DNA of 63,134 bases, counting the filler, from Craspedostauros australis (Eukaryota): NCBI GenBank assembly GCA_030167865.1. It is 16 parts of 16 records of this genome, joined end to end, with 100 filler letters (N's around TTAATTAATTAA, not from the genome) between each part and the next. Parts side by side here need not be neighbours in the genome. Positions count along the whole stretch, not along the records: positions 21,638 to 26,952 come from JALAGF010004784.1; positions 27,053 to 32,136 come from JALAGF010004785.1; positions 32,237 to 35,539 come from JALAGF010004786.1; 13 more parts are not named here. One strand, 5' to 3'. The position numbers were made by a program, and so were the translations under genes. Of this stretch, positions 24,800-35,639 are shown in pieces. Under the pieces are notes generated by a model. The model saw nothing but the letters and a program-made list of their open reading frames with translations. It was not told the origin of the DNA and did not search any database. Each line of letters starts with the position of its first letter. Positions within the stretch are counted from its first letter, which is position 1.

Positions 24800-25620
24800 C
24801 GCCATAGGCCCCGTAGGACCATGCTTTGAGCGAGCTTTCATGTGTACCTTCTCAAGCTAATCCCAGCCACGACGCCATTGCCTGTCTCTCAGCGTGCATC
24901 GTCCGTGATCGTTGTCTCGCTCTAACCGCCGCATGAACGGCGACCATAGAATTCACCCACTATTGCATTTGCCCCTTGGTTCCGTACTCGATACTACGGC
25001 CTTCCCGGAGCAAGCACAACTCCGATTCATTCATATCCTGACTCGCACCCTGTGTCAGTTGACGGACCTGTCTGAGCAAGTCCTGCACTGTGGGATGCCC
25101 TTCCTCATCATGAACTTTGGCATTGCTGGCCAGCCACGCCTCCCAGGGTATTTTCCAGATCCAACGCACTATCTCCCTAGCCCAAGCATTTGTGTTGGGG
25201 TATCGACACCCGTGCGTCACCATCCACTGAGCTTGCTGGTGGATCCAATCCTCATGAATAAATTCCAACAGGAGAGGGTACCACCCAATGGCACTTTGCA
25301 AGTTGTTGGAACACACATTCCTCCTCCAACTCACCAATCCAACTCTCATGCCCTGCACCAGCTGTGGGGAGGTTCCAATCTGATCAATCATGGGATAGTC
25401 AATGACTTATTCAGAGAGAAACTTTGTACGTGAGCTTCAGGAGGACAGGGGACGAGCATAAGATACTTGTTGGGACCAACACTGGCCGGGATGCACACCA
25501 ACATGAGGGACGAAACTGGTGCAGCAGGAAGGTAACTCAACAAGTGAATACATTTGGTAACAAATGGACTGATACACATGAAAGAAAGGGTTGTCCAAAA
25601 TAGAATCTGAATAAAAGGTC
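24800..25620 (-). mobile_element. Degenerate 3' fragment of a non-LTR retrotransposon ORF2
   Basis: QSAIGW...W...Q...WAREIVRWIW...AW..SN..VH, homologous to 47750-47940. Confidence 0.6.
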
Positions 25621-27931
25621 AATATGAGCTGGAGTCTGTTTGTAGAGTGTGCTAATTAGTTGTTGAAATTGGAGACTTTTAGATGTAATATTACATGTAA
25701 AGGTGTTGATGGCTTTGTTTTGAAGTTCTGAGTGTTGGCAGGCCTCAGAATGTGGTGGACGCGCTCAAGAAGCGAGATTAACTCATGGCACCGGCATCGG
25801 GTGTGGATGGACATCTGGTTTGTGGTGGAGGTTTGGAGGCATTCGTTGGAATTCTGTTGGAATCCCCCATACCCCAGCAGCAACAAAAGACCGTCACCAA
25901 GAAACCCCACACAACAACACGACAATGAGGAAACAAAACAAGACTCAGCAAGGACCCTCAAATGCCATGAACGGCATCGCAACAACCATCAACCCAATTC
26001 CAAACCCAAGCACATCGATGGAACCGCCATGGGAATATTGGTGGATGGACAAGAGGGCGCTGTCAGAGTGGTCCAATTGAGAGATCGATAGCGCAAAGAG
26101 CGAAAGGCGCAAAAAGGTGGCAAATTTGCACGTTGGGTACAGGTTGCGCGTGGACGATGCAAGCCATTCCGACAACCATGGCTGGCAAGACGCATCGAAA
26201 AGATCAAGATGAAGGTACCCACGAAGTTTGAGGCTCATGGATGGCCTGGAAGGTGTCGATGGAGGGGAACAAGTGGAGGGCAAGAGTTTTTTGGGGGGTG
26301 CTCATGCACCCATCGCGTGGCTTTGCTGGTGTGGTGGCGCATGTGAACATCCATCATATCGCCATCCCACCCATACAAGATATCTTCATCATCAAGTCAG
26401 GAATGGGGTGGAGAAGTGTGTCTCAATCTGATTGAGTGGAAGAGGTTGAAATGAAGCAAATGTGGCAGTCGCATTTTTTCGACATGAAGAACAACTGGCT
26501 GTGGCGTCAGCATCAGGATGGATAAAAATGTGGAGATCCATCTTGAGGCAATTTGGGATGCATCAACGTGTCCCCAACGAATCAGGGATCGAGGTGTGCT
26601 GCATGGGGGGAACAGAGATGGTTGTGAACAGGAGATATGATGGGACAAAGCGGCTGCTTCTGGACTGTTCTGCATTGTCAAAAATGTTGGTTTTCAGCAA
26701 TGGGCCAAAAAGGTGCATTGAAGCGGCATCGATCTGAGCATTCTTGTCAGGGATGGATACATATGGAGTGTATGGAGACAATGAGGTGTGCAGGCGGACG
26801 AAACGAGATGGTTATGGGCATCATCTTGGATGGCAAAGTGATGGCAGCATGGTGCCATCCAGAGTTTTGTGCCGCACACAATCGCACGCGATCAACAAAA
26901 ATGATGTTAAATTTAAAGTTAATTTAAATTTAAATTCAATATTCCTCTACTTNNNNNNNNNNNNNNNNNNNNNNNNNNNNNNNNNNNNNNNNNNNNTTAA
27001 TTAATTAANNNNNNNNNNNNNNNNNNNNNNNNNNNNNNNNNNNNNNNNNNNNAAATATTCTGGTGCTCAAAGCAATGCATTTTGTGTGCAATGCATTGGT
27101 ACCATATGATGAATCGGTGCCAAGCTGTTGTTTCTTGCATCTCAGGACCAATTCGCCTCAGGGTGCATGTCTTGAGCAATGCTCCAGCTTGACAACTTGG
27201 CCAAAGGCATCATTGGATAAAAGATGTGCGGCATTGGCATCAACACTGAGCCATCGCACACATCTCCAGCATGATGCGTGATCCAGTCTCAGCTGTGTCG
27301 TCCGTCAGCTTCACGTTTCTGTACAACGCGTGCATCCTCCACTCGAACTTGTTCAGATGGGGGAATTGAAGCACCAGCCACCGCGCTCATCATCTTGACG
27401 GCATTTGCGGAAGGAGGTGTGCTCAGGCGGATATTGCTATTGTGGTAGTCGGATATCATGGTGTGCGAGGTGTTCTGTGGGAAGTGCACAACAAGGGAAA
27501 CGAGCGTGATGGAAAAGCTATCACAGCAACCAAGTCGCTCGCACCAACAGTCAAGCCGTTGGAGACACATCCTGCGATCCGGCACAGTTTGGGACGACCA
27601 GGGAAGCTTCTATCGAATGACTCAATGGACTCAAGAAAATCGAGTTCGATCGCGCGCATTCCTTCTTCGTGTTTCTTTCGTGTTGTTTGTGTGTGTGTGT
27701 GTGTGTTTGTGGTCGATGTGGAGAAAGATCTTGTGCCAAACCAGAGCGCGATCATGGAACAGAGAAACAGAACGTGCGAACAAGACAACGACAACCTTGC
27801 TATTCCTTGCAACAGTTTGGTCTCATACTATCGAGAAACACAGTCTGTATCTTCATCATAAGACCGTGAACACATTGAGCAATCATCCAGTAATTGTTTG
27901 TCTACCAACAGCTCAACAACCAACGACCAAC

Positions 27932-29440
27932 ATGCCGAATGTCTCAGACGAACAACTCCTTGAAGCTGCTGAGATAGGTGATCTGTCGGTGTTGAAGGAA
28001 TGGAAGAAGCAGAACGAAGGACGTGATGTCAACACGGTCAAAGGCGGCTACTTTGGCAGCACTCCACTTCATTGGGCATGCTACAACGGCCACCTGGAGT
28101 GTGTGAAGTACCTCATCGAAACATGTGAGGCGGACATCAACTGCAAAGACAATGATGGCTGCACTCCCCTTCATCAGGCATGCTACAACGGCCACCTGGA
28201 GTGTGCCAAGTACCTCATCGAATCAACCAACGCCGATGTCAACTGCAAAGCCAACAATGGCGACACTCCACTTCATCGAGCATGCTTGCACGGCAGCCTG
28301 GGATGTGTGAAGTACCTCGTCGAATCAACCAAGGTCAATATGGACATCCAAAACAACGACAACAAAACACCCGTCGAATTAATCAGCGCGAACAAGCAGG
28401 TCAAGATGATGACATCAATCATGAAGCGTCTCGGTCATCTCAGCCAACGCAACTTGCAACTGCAGACGCAGCTGCAAATAGAGATGCAGGTGCGCAAGCA
28501 AAGCCACACAAACACCATCACAACACCAACCAAGCACGACAATCCTAAAATCCACACAACAACCAACACCAGCATCGGCCAAGATCGTCGCAGCGCTGTT
28601 CGGTCTGAGGCCAAGGCAGACATCACCTTCCTGTGCGGACACGGCGACGAACAACAGCCAATCAAAGCAAACTCCGGAGTCCTCATGGTCACTGTTCCGT
28701 CCATTCAGACATTGATCGACTCGGGAATCCAACATCAGCACGTCGATGACGGCACTGATGACGGCACTGATTCTGCCACTGCCCTCACCCGCAGGCTCAT
28801 CTCTCTTCCCAACCATCAACCCAAACATGTCCAACGCGTCCTCGAATGCATCTACACAGGTGAGATATCCTTCGATCACAGTGCTCCGGACAACGATACT
28901 GATACCCGCGATGGCGCTCATGATGATGATGATGGCGCTGACCAGCCAACTCCCACCCTTGATGGACAAGACGAGCTACAACAGCTGATCCTTGTGGCCA
29001 ACGAGTTCGGCTTCTGGCGACTCAAGCTTGTTCTTGAAGCAGAGTTGGCACGCACTCATCTCACAGAGGACACCATGGTAGATATGGTGATCTTCGCCAA
29101 TCAACATGGCTGTTTACTGTTGAAAGATGCAGCAATGAGGCTGGCAGCTGCGAATATACAGACCTTCTTCGCTCGGAAAGATTGCAGCAAGTTGTTTCAA
29201 CACCCTCAACTGCCGGGAGAGATCCATGCCATCTGCAGTGGGGGAGCGGTAAGCAATGAAGCTGATGATGAGTACAGTGCCATGTCCATGATGGATTTGT
29301 ACAAGGTCGTGGATGAAAGTGAGGGTACTGCGCAAGTGGATTCATACATGGATCGTGCAACGTTGGTGAACTTCGTGCGGTCCGTCGCACCTTCCAGGGT
29401 GGCTGAGGCCGATGGCGCTGCCGCTGGAGAAGAGGAGTGA
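27932..29440 (+). CDS. Ankyrin-repeat + BTB/POZ domain protein (502 aa)
   Basis: Repeats of G.TPLH.AC.NGHLECVKYLIE, then BTB ADITFLCG...VLECIYTG...LVANEFGFWRLKL...LLKDAAM; probable start MPNVSD. Confidence 0.9.
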   Translation: MPNVSDEQLLEAAEIGDLSVLKEWKKQNEGRDVNTVKGGYFGSTPLHWACYNGHLECVKYLIETCEADINCKDNDGCTPLHQACYNGHLECAKYLIESTNADVNCKANNGDTPLHRACLHGSLGCVKYLVESTKVNMDIQNNDNKTPVELISANKQVKMMTSIMKRLGHLSQRNLQLQTQLQIEMQVRKQSHTNTITTPTKHDNPKIHTTTNTSIGQDRRSAVRSEAKADITFLCGHGDEQQPIKANSGVLMVTVPSIQTLIDSGIQHQHVDDGTDDGTDSATALTRRLISLPNHQPKHVQRVLECIYTGEISFDHSAPDNDTDTRDGAHDDDDGADQPTPTLDGQDELQQLILVANEFGFWRLKLVLEAELARTHLTEDTMVDMVIFANQHGCLLLKDAAMRLAAANIQTFFARKDCSKLFQHPQLPGEIHAICSGGAVSNEADDEYSAMSMMDLYKVVDESEGTAQVDSYMDRATLVNFVRSVAPSRVAEADGAAAGEEE

Positions 29441-29699
29441 ATCACAACAACAGTAGACAGAAGTGAGCGCGTAATGAAGAAGAGGAAATGAATGGGCTGT
29501 AATCAGAGAAGTAACTACTCCACCATATTTCGTAAGATAGCTATCAGTGATACATCCAATGGTGCGCCCGGCAAGTCTTGGATTTTGCCTTTGGTGACTC
29601 GCGCAGCGTGCTGTTCTATGCACGACCATATCATTCGCAGCACAACCTGGCTGGCTGGACAGCAAGGCATGGTCTTTGGCCAATACATTGCTGATGATC

Positions 29700-30600
29700 A
29701 TGCCGCTGTGTTGCAGATGATCCTGGTTGATGAACAGCATGTTGGTGTACCATACAGCATCATTGGGCAGTGCGGCATGAAGACGATGGTCTGGCCACTG
29801 CTGTTGTCGCTGTTGTCGTCGTCGCCAATCAAATGCTTTCCGCGTTTGTTGGTTTCGATGATGTGGAAGAAGTTGTGCGGAAAAGGATGGTGGTATCCGC
29901 TAGCGTCATGCATGGATCGTTGTACTCCACTGCAACTTGACAGGGCGGGATGAATGTATCGCGACTGTCGGCTCGTTGGTGTTGCTGCCGCCATTTTTGG
30001 ATGGTATCACGCAAGTCGCAAGCGCATGCCAGCTGCCACATGGGCTCCAATGCGGCCGGCAAAGATGACGAGCCATGGGAAAAGTTGCTGATTCCTTGGC
30101 AGATGATTTCTCCGATTTGTGGGTCCGATGACACAGTGCCTCCATCTCATCAGTTGCAGTTGTGGCTGCGATGCATCGCTTTGAGCTTCAGCATGAGCAG
30201 GCATTGGTGGTAATGGTGAGCATAGTGGTGGCGTAATAGAAGGAGTATCTCCGAACACCTGGTGCTTACAGGCCCCGAAGAAGTTGCTGCAACCGATCTT
30301 ATGAATGCACTCGTCCAGCAGGTATTGAATCTCAGCTGTCGACGGCGCATCCAGCGTGGGCGCTGCTGCTGATCACTCAAATCCAGGGCTTATCATGGAA
30401 CCATGGCGTTTCTCGCCGCTGTTGTTGGCACCGTTGTTGATGGCACCGTTGTTGGTGCTGCGATTGTTCATGCGATTGTTAACCTATGCAATTGCCTTGA
30501 TATCTTCCTTTCTGATGTCGCCGATCGATGCGATGCGTTTGCGATCGCTCCTCATCGCCACTTCCCATTCGTCGTCATCTCCGTCTCCATCTCTTGCCAT
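29700..30600 (-). pseudogene. Frameshifted SRR1-domain protein
   Basis: EIICQGISNFS...WQLACA and TIVFMPHCPMMLY lie in different frames. Confidence 0.6.
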
Positions 30601-31015
30601 GGTCGCCTTCATCCATCCTTTTCGGTATGCGACGTTGTGCGTGGCTGCTTGGTTCCCCCATGCATTGCTTTCCTGGTCATGTCTGCGTACGTATGATACG
30701 TTGGCTGACGCCTCCATCAATGCACGTAGTTCTACGCAAGTACAACCATGAGCTCTTCCACAGAACGAGTACATGTTGTTATCATGAATTAGTCCAGCTG
30801 ATCGATACGACACCAAACCCGAACCAGCACGCCGCTGCGTCAGCAACGCCACGACTTTGCGCCCGCGACGCACGCAACATTTAGCGAACTTGACGCAAAG
30901 TCAAGACCACAGTAGAATAAGCTCACAATCCCATGGGACCTTCCATGGGCCCTCTCAATGGGCACTATACAACTTTAGCACACGCACACACACGCACACT
31001 TGCCTGTAGCAATTA

Positions 31016-31026
31016 GGTTATGAGCC
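31016..31026 (+). promoter_or_regulatory. Half-tRNA-iMet type PBS (GGTTATGAGCC)
   Basis: Reverse complement is GGCTCATAACC, the iMet anticodon arm; lies upstream of a long ORF. Confidence 0.6.
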
Positions 31027-31201
31027 TGGACCGCAGGCACTGCTTGTTCGTCACCTGCCGCACCACACGGTGCTAACTGCACCATGGCGAACGCGCTCCG
31101 TCACAGCGATGCCGCGTGTGGATGTGCATTGCCGACAACGACCAAAACACAAACAAAACTCTCACCGTCGCAATCATCCAACACAAAACAACGCAAAGCT
31201 C

Positions 31202-32136
31202 ATGGACCCGCATCGTCAACAAACAACGAACTCAACCTCCTCCAGTGACACAGACAACTCCGACGCGCCTTCGCTAGCAGAAGAGCCCGAGGTCGCACTC
31301 TCCGAGACCGCAGACGACGATCCTGTCCCTCCTCTCGGACGACAACAACAACAGGCAGAGACCGCAGCCGACGCACTCGTCCCTCCTCTCCAGCCACCTG
31401 AACAAGTCGAGACCGCAGCTGACATCACCGTCCCTCCTCTCGCACAACAACAACCTGAGACCGCAACACCTGCCTCTCTTCAGCAACGACCTGCAGCAAC
31501 CGAGACCGCTCAAGCAGCCTCTTCCCCTGCACCTCAAGAGACAGCACAGGACCCAGGCGGACGCGCCTCTCCTTCTGTTTCGGCAACAACAACGCGAGCT
31601 GCACAGGACACCAGCACACAGGCAGCTGGCGTCTTCGCACAGCAACCACAACTTCCGCGTGACAGAACTCCTCTTCGGACAGAACCGGAACTTCTTCCGG
31701 CAGAAGGCGATATTCTGGACTTAACCTTGGACACCTTCGAATCCCAAGCCCTTGAAGAACTCCAGTCAGCCCTCGCAGATCCTGGCAACATTCATCCTGG
31801 CATTTTTGCTGACACGAATCTCACTGTCGAAATTCCTGCTGACGTCACTGACACAGCAACCGGTGAAACCGCCATTCCAACTGTTCGCACGACCCACGTT
31901 TCGGCCTCATCCACGACTCAACCAAGGATGTCACGTTTCAGCGCGGATCCTGATGATGCGGCCACCCGAGCCAACAACCGTATCCTCATTACCAAGGAAG
32001 AACGCGCTGCACTCGAAGGAAAGGACCGCACCAAGGTCAGAGAACAAGCCGTTGAGCCTCTCGAGCCGCTCTTCGTGATGGTGAACCAAACCACTGCCAT
32101 CAATGACAACAAGTTCCTCGAAAAGAACTATGACTT
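31202..32136 (+). mobile_element. N-terminal gag-like ORF of a second copia-like element, truncated by the contig end
   Basis: Open low-complexity ORF downstream of a copia-type PBS; no catalytic motif is reached. Confidence 0.5.
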
Positions 32137-32363
32137 NNNNNNNNNNNNNNNNNNNNNNNNNNNNNNNNNNNNNNNNNNNNTTAATTAATTAANNNNNNNN
32201 NNNNNNNNNNNNNNNNNNNNNNNNNNNNNNNNNNNNTCTTGACACAGGGGACCATTACTTGCGATAGTCTTCGGTGTAGTTGATGGTCATGTCGACGATG
32301 GTGATGTTGGCTAGTGTTGGCGGTGATGGAAACGTTGGATTTCGATCATAACGTTTCGAAACG

Positions 32364-33007
32364 TGTTGAGAAATCCGGGTAACCCAGCCTTATTAGTTGT
32401 ATCTGATTACCTATTCCTGTTGTTGCATTCTCAGAACTGTGAGCATAACATCTCCATCTCTTTCAATTCCATTTGCCATAGCATGCATAATCCATGGTAG
32501 CATCATGAGATACTGCTGTATTCATCATGTCATGCAGCATGTACTTCATGTACATTTCATCATGCATCTCATCATGCACTTCATCGTGTATTTCGTTTCG
32601 CCCTACATTCTTGCGATACGAGTCTGCAGCCGTGCATCCATCTTGTCACAGGTTTCGTCTTGAAACCCGTGACACTTCTGAATCTTTCTGATGTTCCAAA
32701 CCTGCGGCTTTTCTTGTCCGCAAGAGGGCACATGCTTCGTTTCTCCTGATGGGGTGATCACAGACCTGCTGGTCATCGATGTTTCTCCCATGACGTCGTC
32801 GTTTGATCTGTCTTGCATTGTCATGGTTTTTCTTGTTAGAGGAGGACAGGCTTGTTGTCTTGTTACGACTGAGATCAGTCACGTTTGTCTTGAGTCACGG
32901 GTCGAGTCACGTATGTGATGAGTCTCGGGTTTGAGTCACGGATGATGTTATTGGGAGGTGCGGCAATCATGGGTATCTTGGTAAAAGCGTACCCTCGATT
33001 CCTGACA
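32364..33007 (-). mobile_element. Putative LTR (644 bp), related to 46070-46846
   Basis: Minus strand TGTCAGGAATCG...CAACA; both termini and internal blocks (AGAACTGTGAGCA; TGCGGCAATCATGGGTATCTT) are shared with the second copy. Confidence 0.65.
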
Positions 33008-34334
33008 TGCGCAATCGAAGACGAAGATGGAGAGACGGCGAATGGCGTGACTTGGTTGCCACTTGCTGCAGCATTACTGCCGTGGTGCAAGGAGGAGCGG
33101 GGTGGTGGGGGGAATCTCATGATGATACCCTGTTACGGAGAAGAGAATTGTGGGCTGTCTGATCCATTAGGATGCGACTGCACTGCCCAAACGCTTGGAG
33201 CAAGCATCAATCAACGCGCGCAGAAAATCACAACACAGCAACTCGGCTTCATTGGTACACAAGACAAATTCTAAACAGATGCAACAAAAGAGACTTCATT
33301 GTGACTCAAGCATGGCACAACTACGCATTCACGCACAGTAAGAGCCGATTTGAATGAAGTATCATACGAGAATGGCGGAGTCGACTATTCCAATTTGTGA
33401 AACAAACGTGATTTTGTGTGGTGACGTGCTGTGTGTGTTGTGTGTGCTTCTGTGGACAAATTGGCAGCGCGGCATCAGCGCACACAGCGCTGTCGCGAGG
33501 AGCGAGCACACAGAGCTGTGAATGATGTGCACACAGTCCGCCACGATGAGTTTTGTCACCAAGCAAAACGGGTCTCAGCAGCAACACGCAATGGGACTCA
33601 CAACTCGACGAGCTCGGACCAGCCCAACACGGACCTCGCCGACCTTCCTGCGGCCACCCGGAAGGACAAAGTGTGCGCAGTTTCACCGTGCGCGTCTGGA
33701 ACAACTCCGCACAACACGCGAGCATGTCGGCCATGTGCCGGCGAACTCAAGGTTGATGTGTTGTCTTCACATCTAATTGATGAGTCCCGCAAAGACACTT
33801 TATGTAACCTCATTATAACGTCTGAGGCAAAAATAAGTCGCATCGTGCAATTGTCGTGCAGCTGAGGCAAAAATAAGTCGCATCGTGCATTTGTCGTGAG
33901 GAAATTCATTAACCAGCCCTTTTGAAGTGCCGATTTGCATCAACCAGCCTGTTTTTACAACACTTAGTGGCACAAAACGTCCAATTGTCCATGCGACATC
34001 CCACGGACACAGGGATTTCGCATCGACTGCCATGGTTAGTGTATAAATATAGACTACCTGTACCACACAGGAAAAGTTCAAGTCACATCATATTATGCAT
34101 GTTTATCACCAGTTTCATATTGCCAGTATAGTCCACACGAATGTAAATCATCCAATGAGGGGAATACGTGACTCCTTTAGTTGTAGATATGTACATCATC
34201 CATCTGTTTGCTCCAATTTCTTGCGTTGTGGATCGTATTCTGACGACATCTTCATTGCAAAGAACAAAAATAGTTCAGTTTAACAAATTCAGCGCATCTA
34301 GGGCATTCCAATGGGTATACAGGTAGCTTGTGAG

Positions 34335-35539
34335 TGACTGGATCCATCTAGAAGGTGTTGCGGATTATACGCGGCCAATTCACGGGATACCGCACGGTGG
34401 CTGTGTGCGGTGTGCAGGGTGTTGACCAAACCTTCATATGAAAGATTCAAGATAGACCATTCCACCAACGCCAGCATAGCAACGGCGCTTCTATGGGTAT
34501 GGGGGTGGCTTGCGAGGATCTGGGTCCTTCTGGAAGGAGTGCTGGCACCCAAATCTATGAATCTCGTGATACTGTGCGGTACNCATGGCGCTGTACTGTA
34601 CTCCNCATATCTATGCATTCGGCAGGCCGTTTTGAGAGGTCCAACCAACCTCACTACTCCAATCATACTCCAGAGAGTACAGACATGAATTTCGAGGTCT
34701 TTGATCCATCAGGAACGGATCCAATTCTATGGATGCAGATATCACACAGTAGTGATTGGTACGCATCGCACTGTACATTAATTTGGATGTTTGTACACAG
34801 GAACTGGCAATCATATTCCAATCCAACGCTCCGACCACTCCAATCATACGCCAAAGAGTATGAAAATGAAGTTTGAAGTTCTTTATCCGTTTGGAAGGAA
34901 TCGCAATCTATGGATGCTGATATCACACTGTACTGAACCGTCCGCGTCACGCTGTATAGCGTTCTGAGAATACGTGCATATAAAATGTTGGCCATATTGT
35001 AATCGAATGCTTGGATGCCTCTGATCACACTCCAATGGGTGCAGCCATGAAGTTTGAAGTATTGGATCCATCTGGAAGCGATCCAAAGCTGGGGATATGG
35101 ATATCTGGTGACGCTGTTTGGGAGGGGGCTCTACGATGCGCATTGCGCTGTGCAGCCTTCTGTGGATATGTTCATTCGGCCGGCTGGCTTGAGAGATCCG
35201 ACCAACCGCGCTGCGTCAAGTAGACTCGGAAGGCTNTGGCCATGGAGGTTGAAGTCCCATATCCATTTGGAAGGGGTCCCTTTCTACGGATGCTGAAGTG
35301 GAGTGTCACTGAGCGGCGTGATGACATGTGGATCACCTGGGCGCATACCGATACGTCTTCCTGGAAGATTCACGGCTTCAAACTCCATGTCCGTGCTCTG
35401 TGGAATGCGTTCGGATTCACCAAAGTGTTGGATTTGAATATGACCACCAATGTCTATGCACATATTCTCAGAACGCTGTACAGCGTGACGCGTACTGTTC
35501 AGAACCGCGTGATATCAGCATCAGTAGAATTGGATCCCT
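34335..35539. repeat. Degenerate ~180-bp tandem repeat with a terminal inverted copy
   Basis: TTGAAGT...ATCCATCTGGAAG-like motif recurs near 34340, 34520, 34700, 34880, 35060 and 35255; 35455-35539 is an inverted copy of about 34900-34980. Confidence 0.6.
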
Positions 35540-35639
35540 NNNNNNNNNNNNNNNNNNNNNNNNNNNNNNNNNNNNNNNNNNNNTTAATTAATTAANNNNN
35601 NNNNNNNNNNNNNNNNNNNNNNNNNNNNNNNNNNNNNNN

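Noticed and set aside
27458..27931. N-terminal extension of the ANK-BTB ORF
   Set aside because: Crosses a (GT)n tract and an ACAAC-rich leader; ATG 27932 is the more plausible start.
33820..33890. Duplicated ~28-bp CTGAGGCAAAAATAAGTCGCATCGTGCA
   Set aside because: A simple local duplication with no further support.
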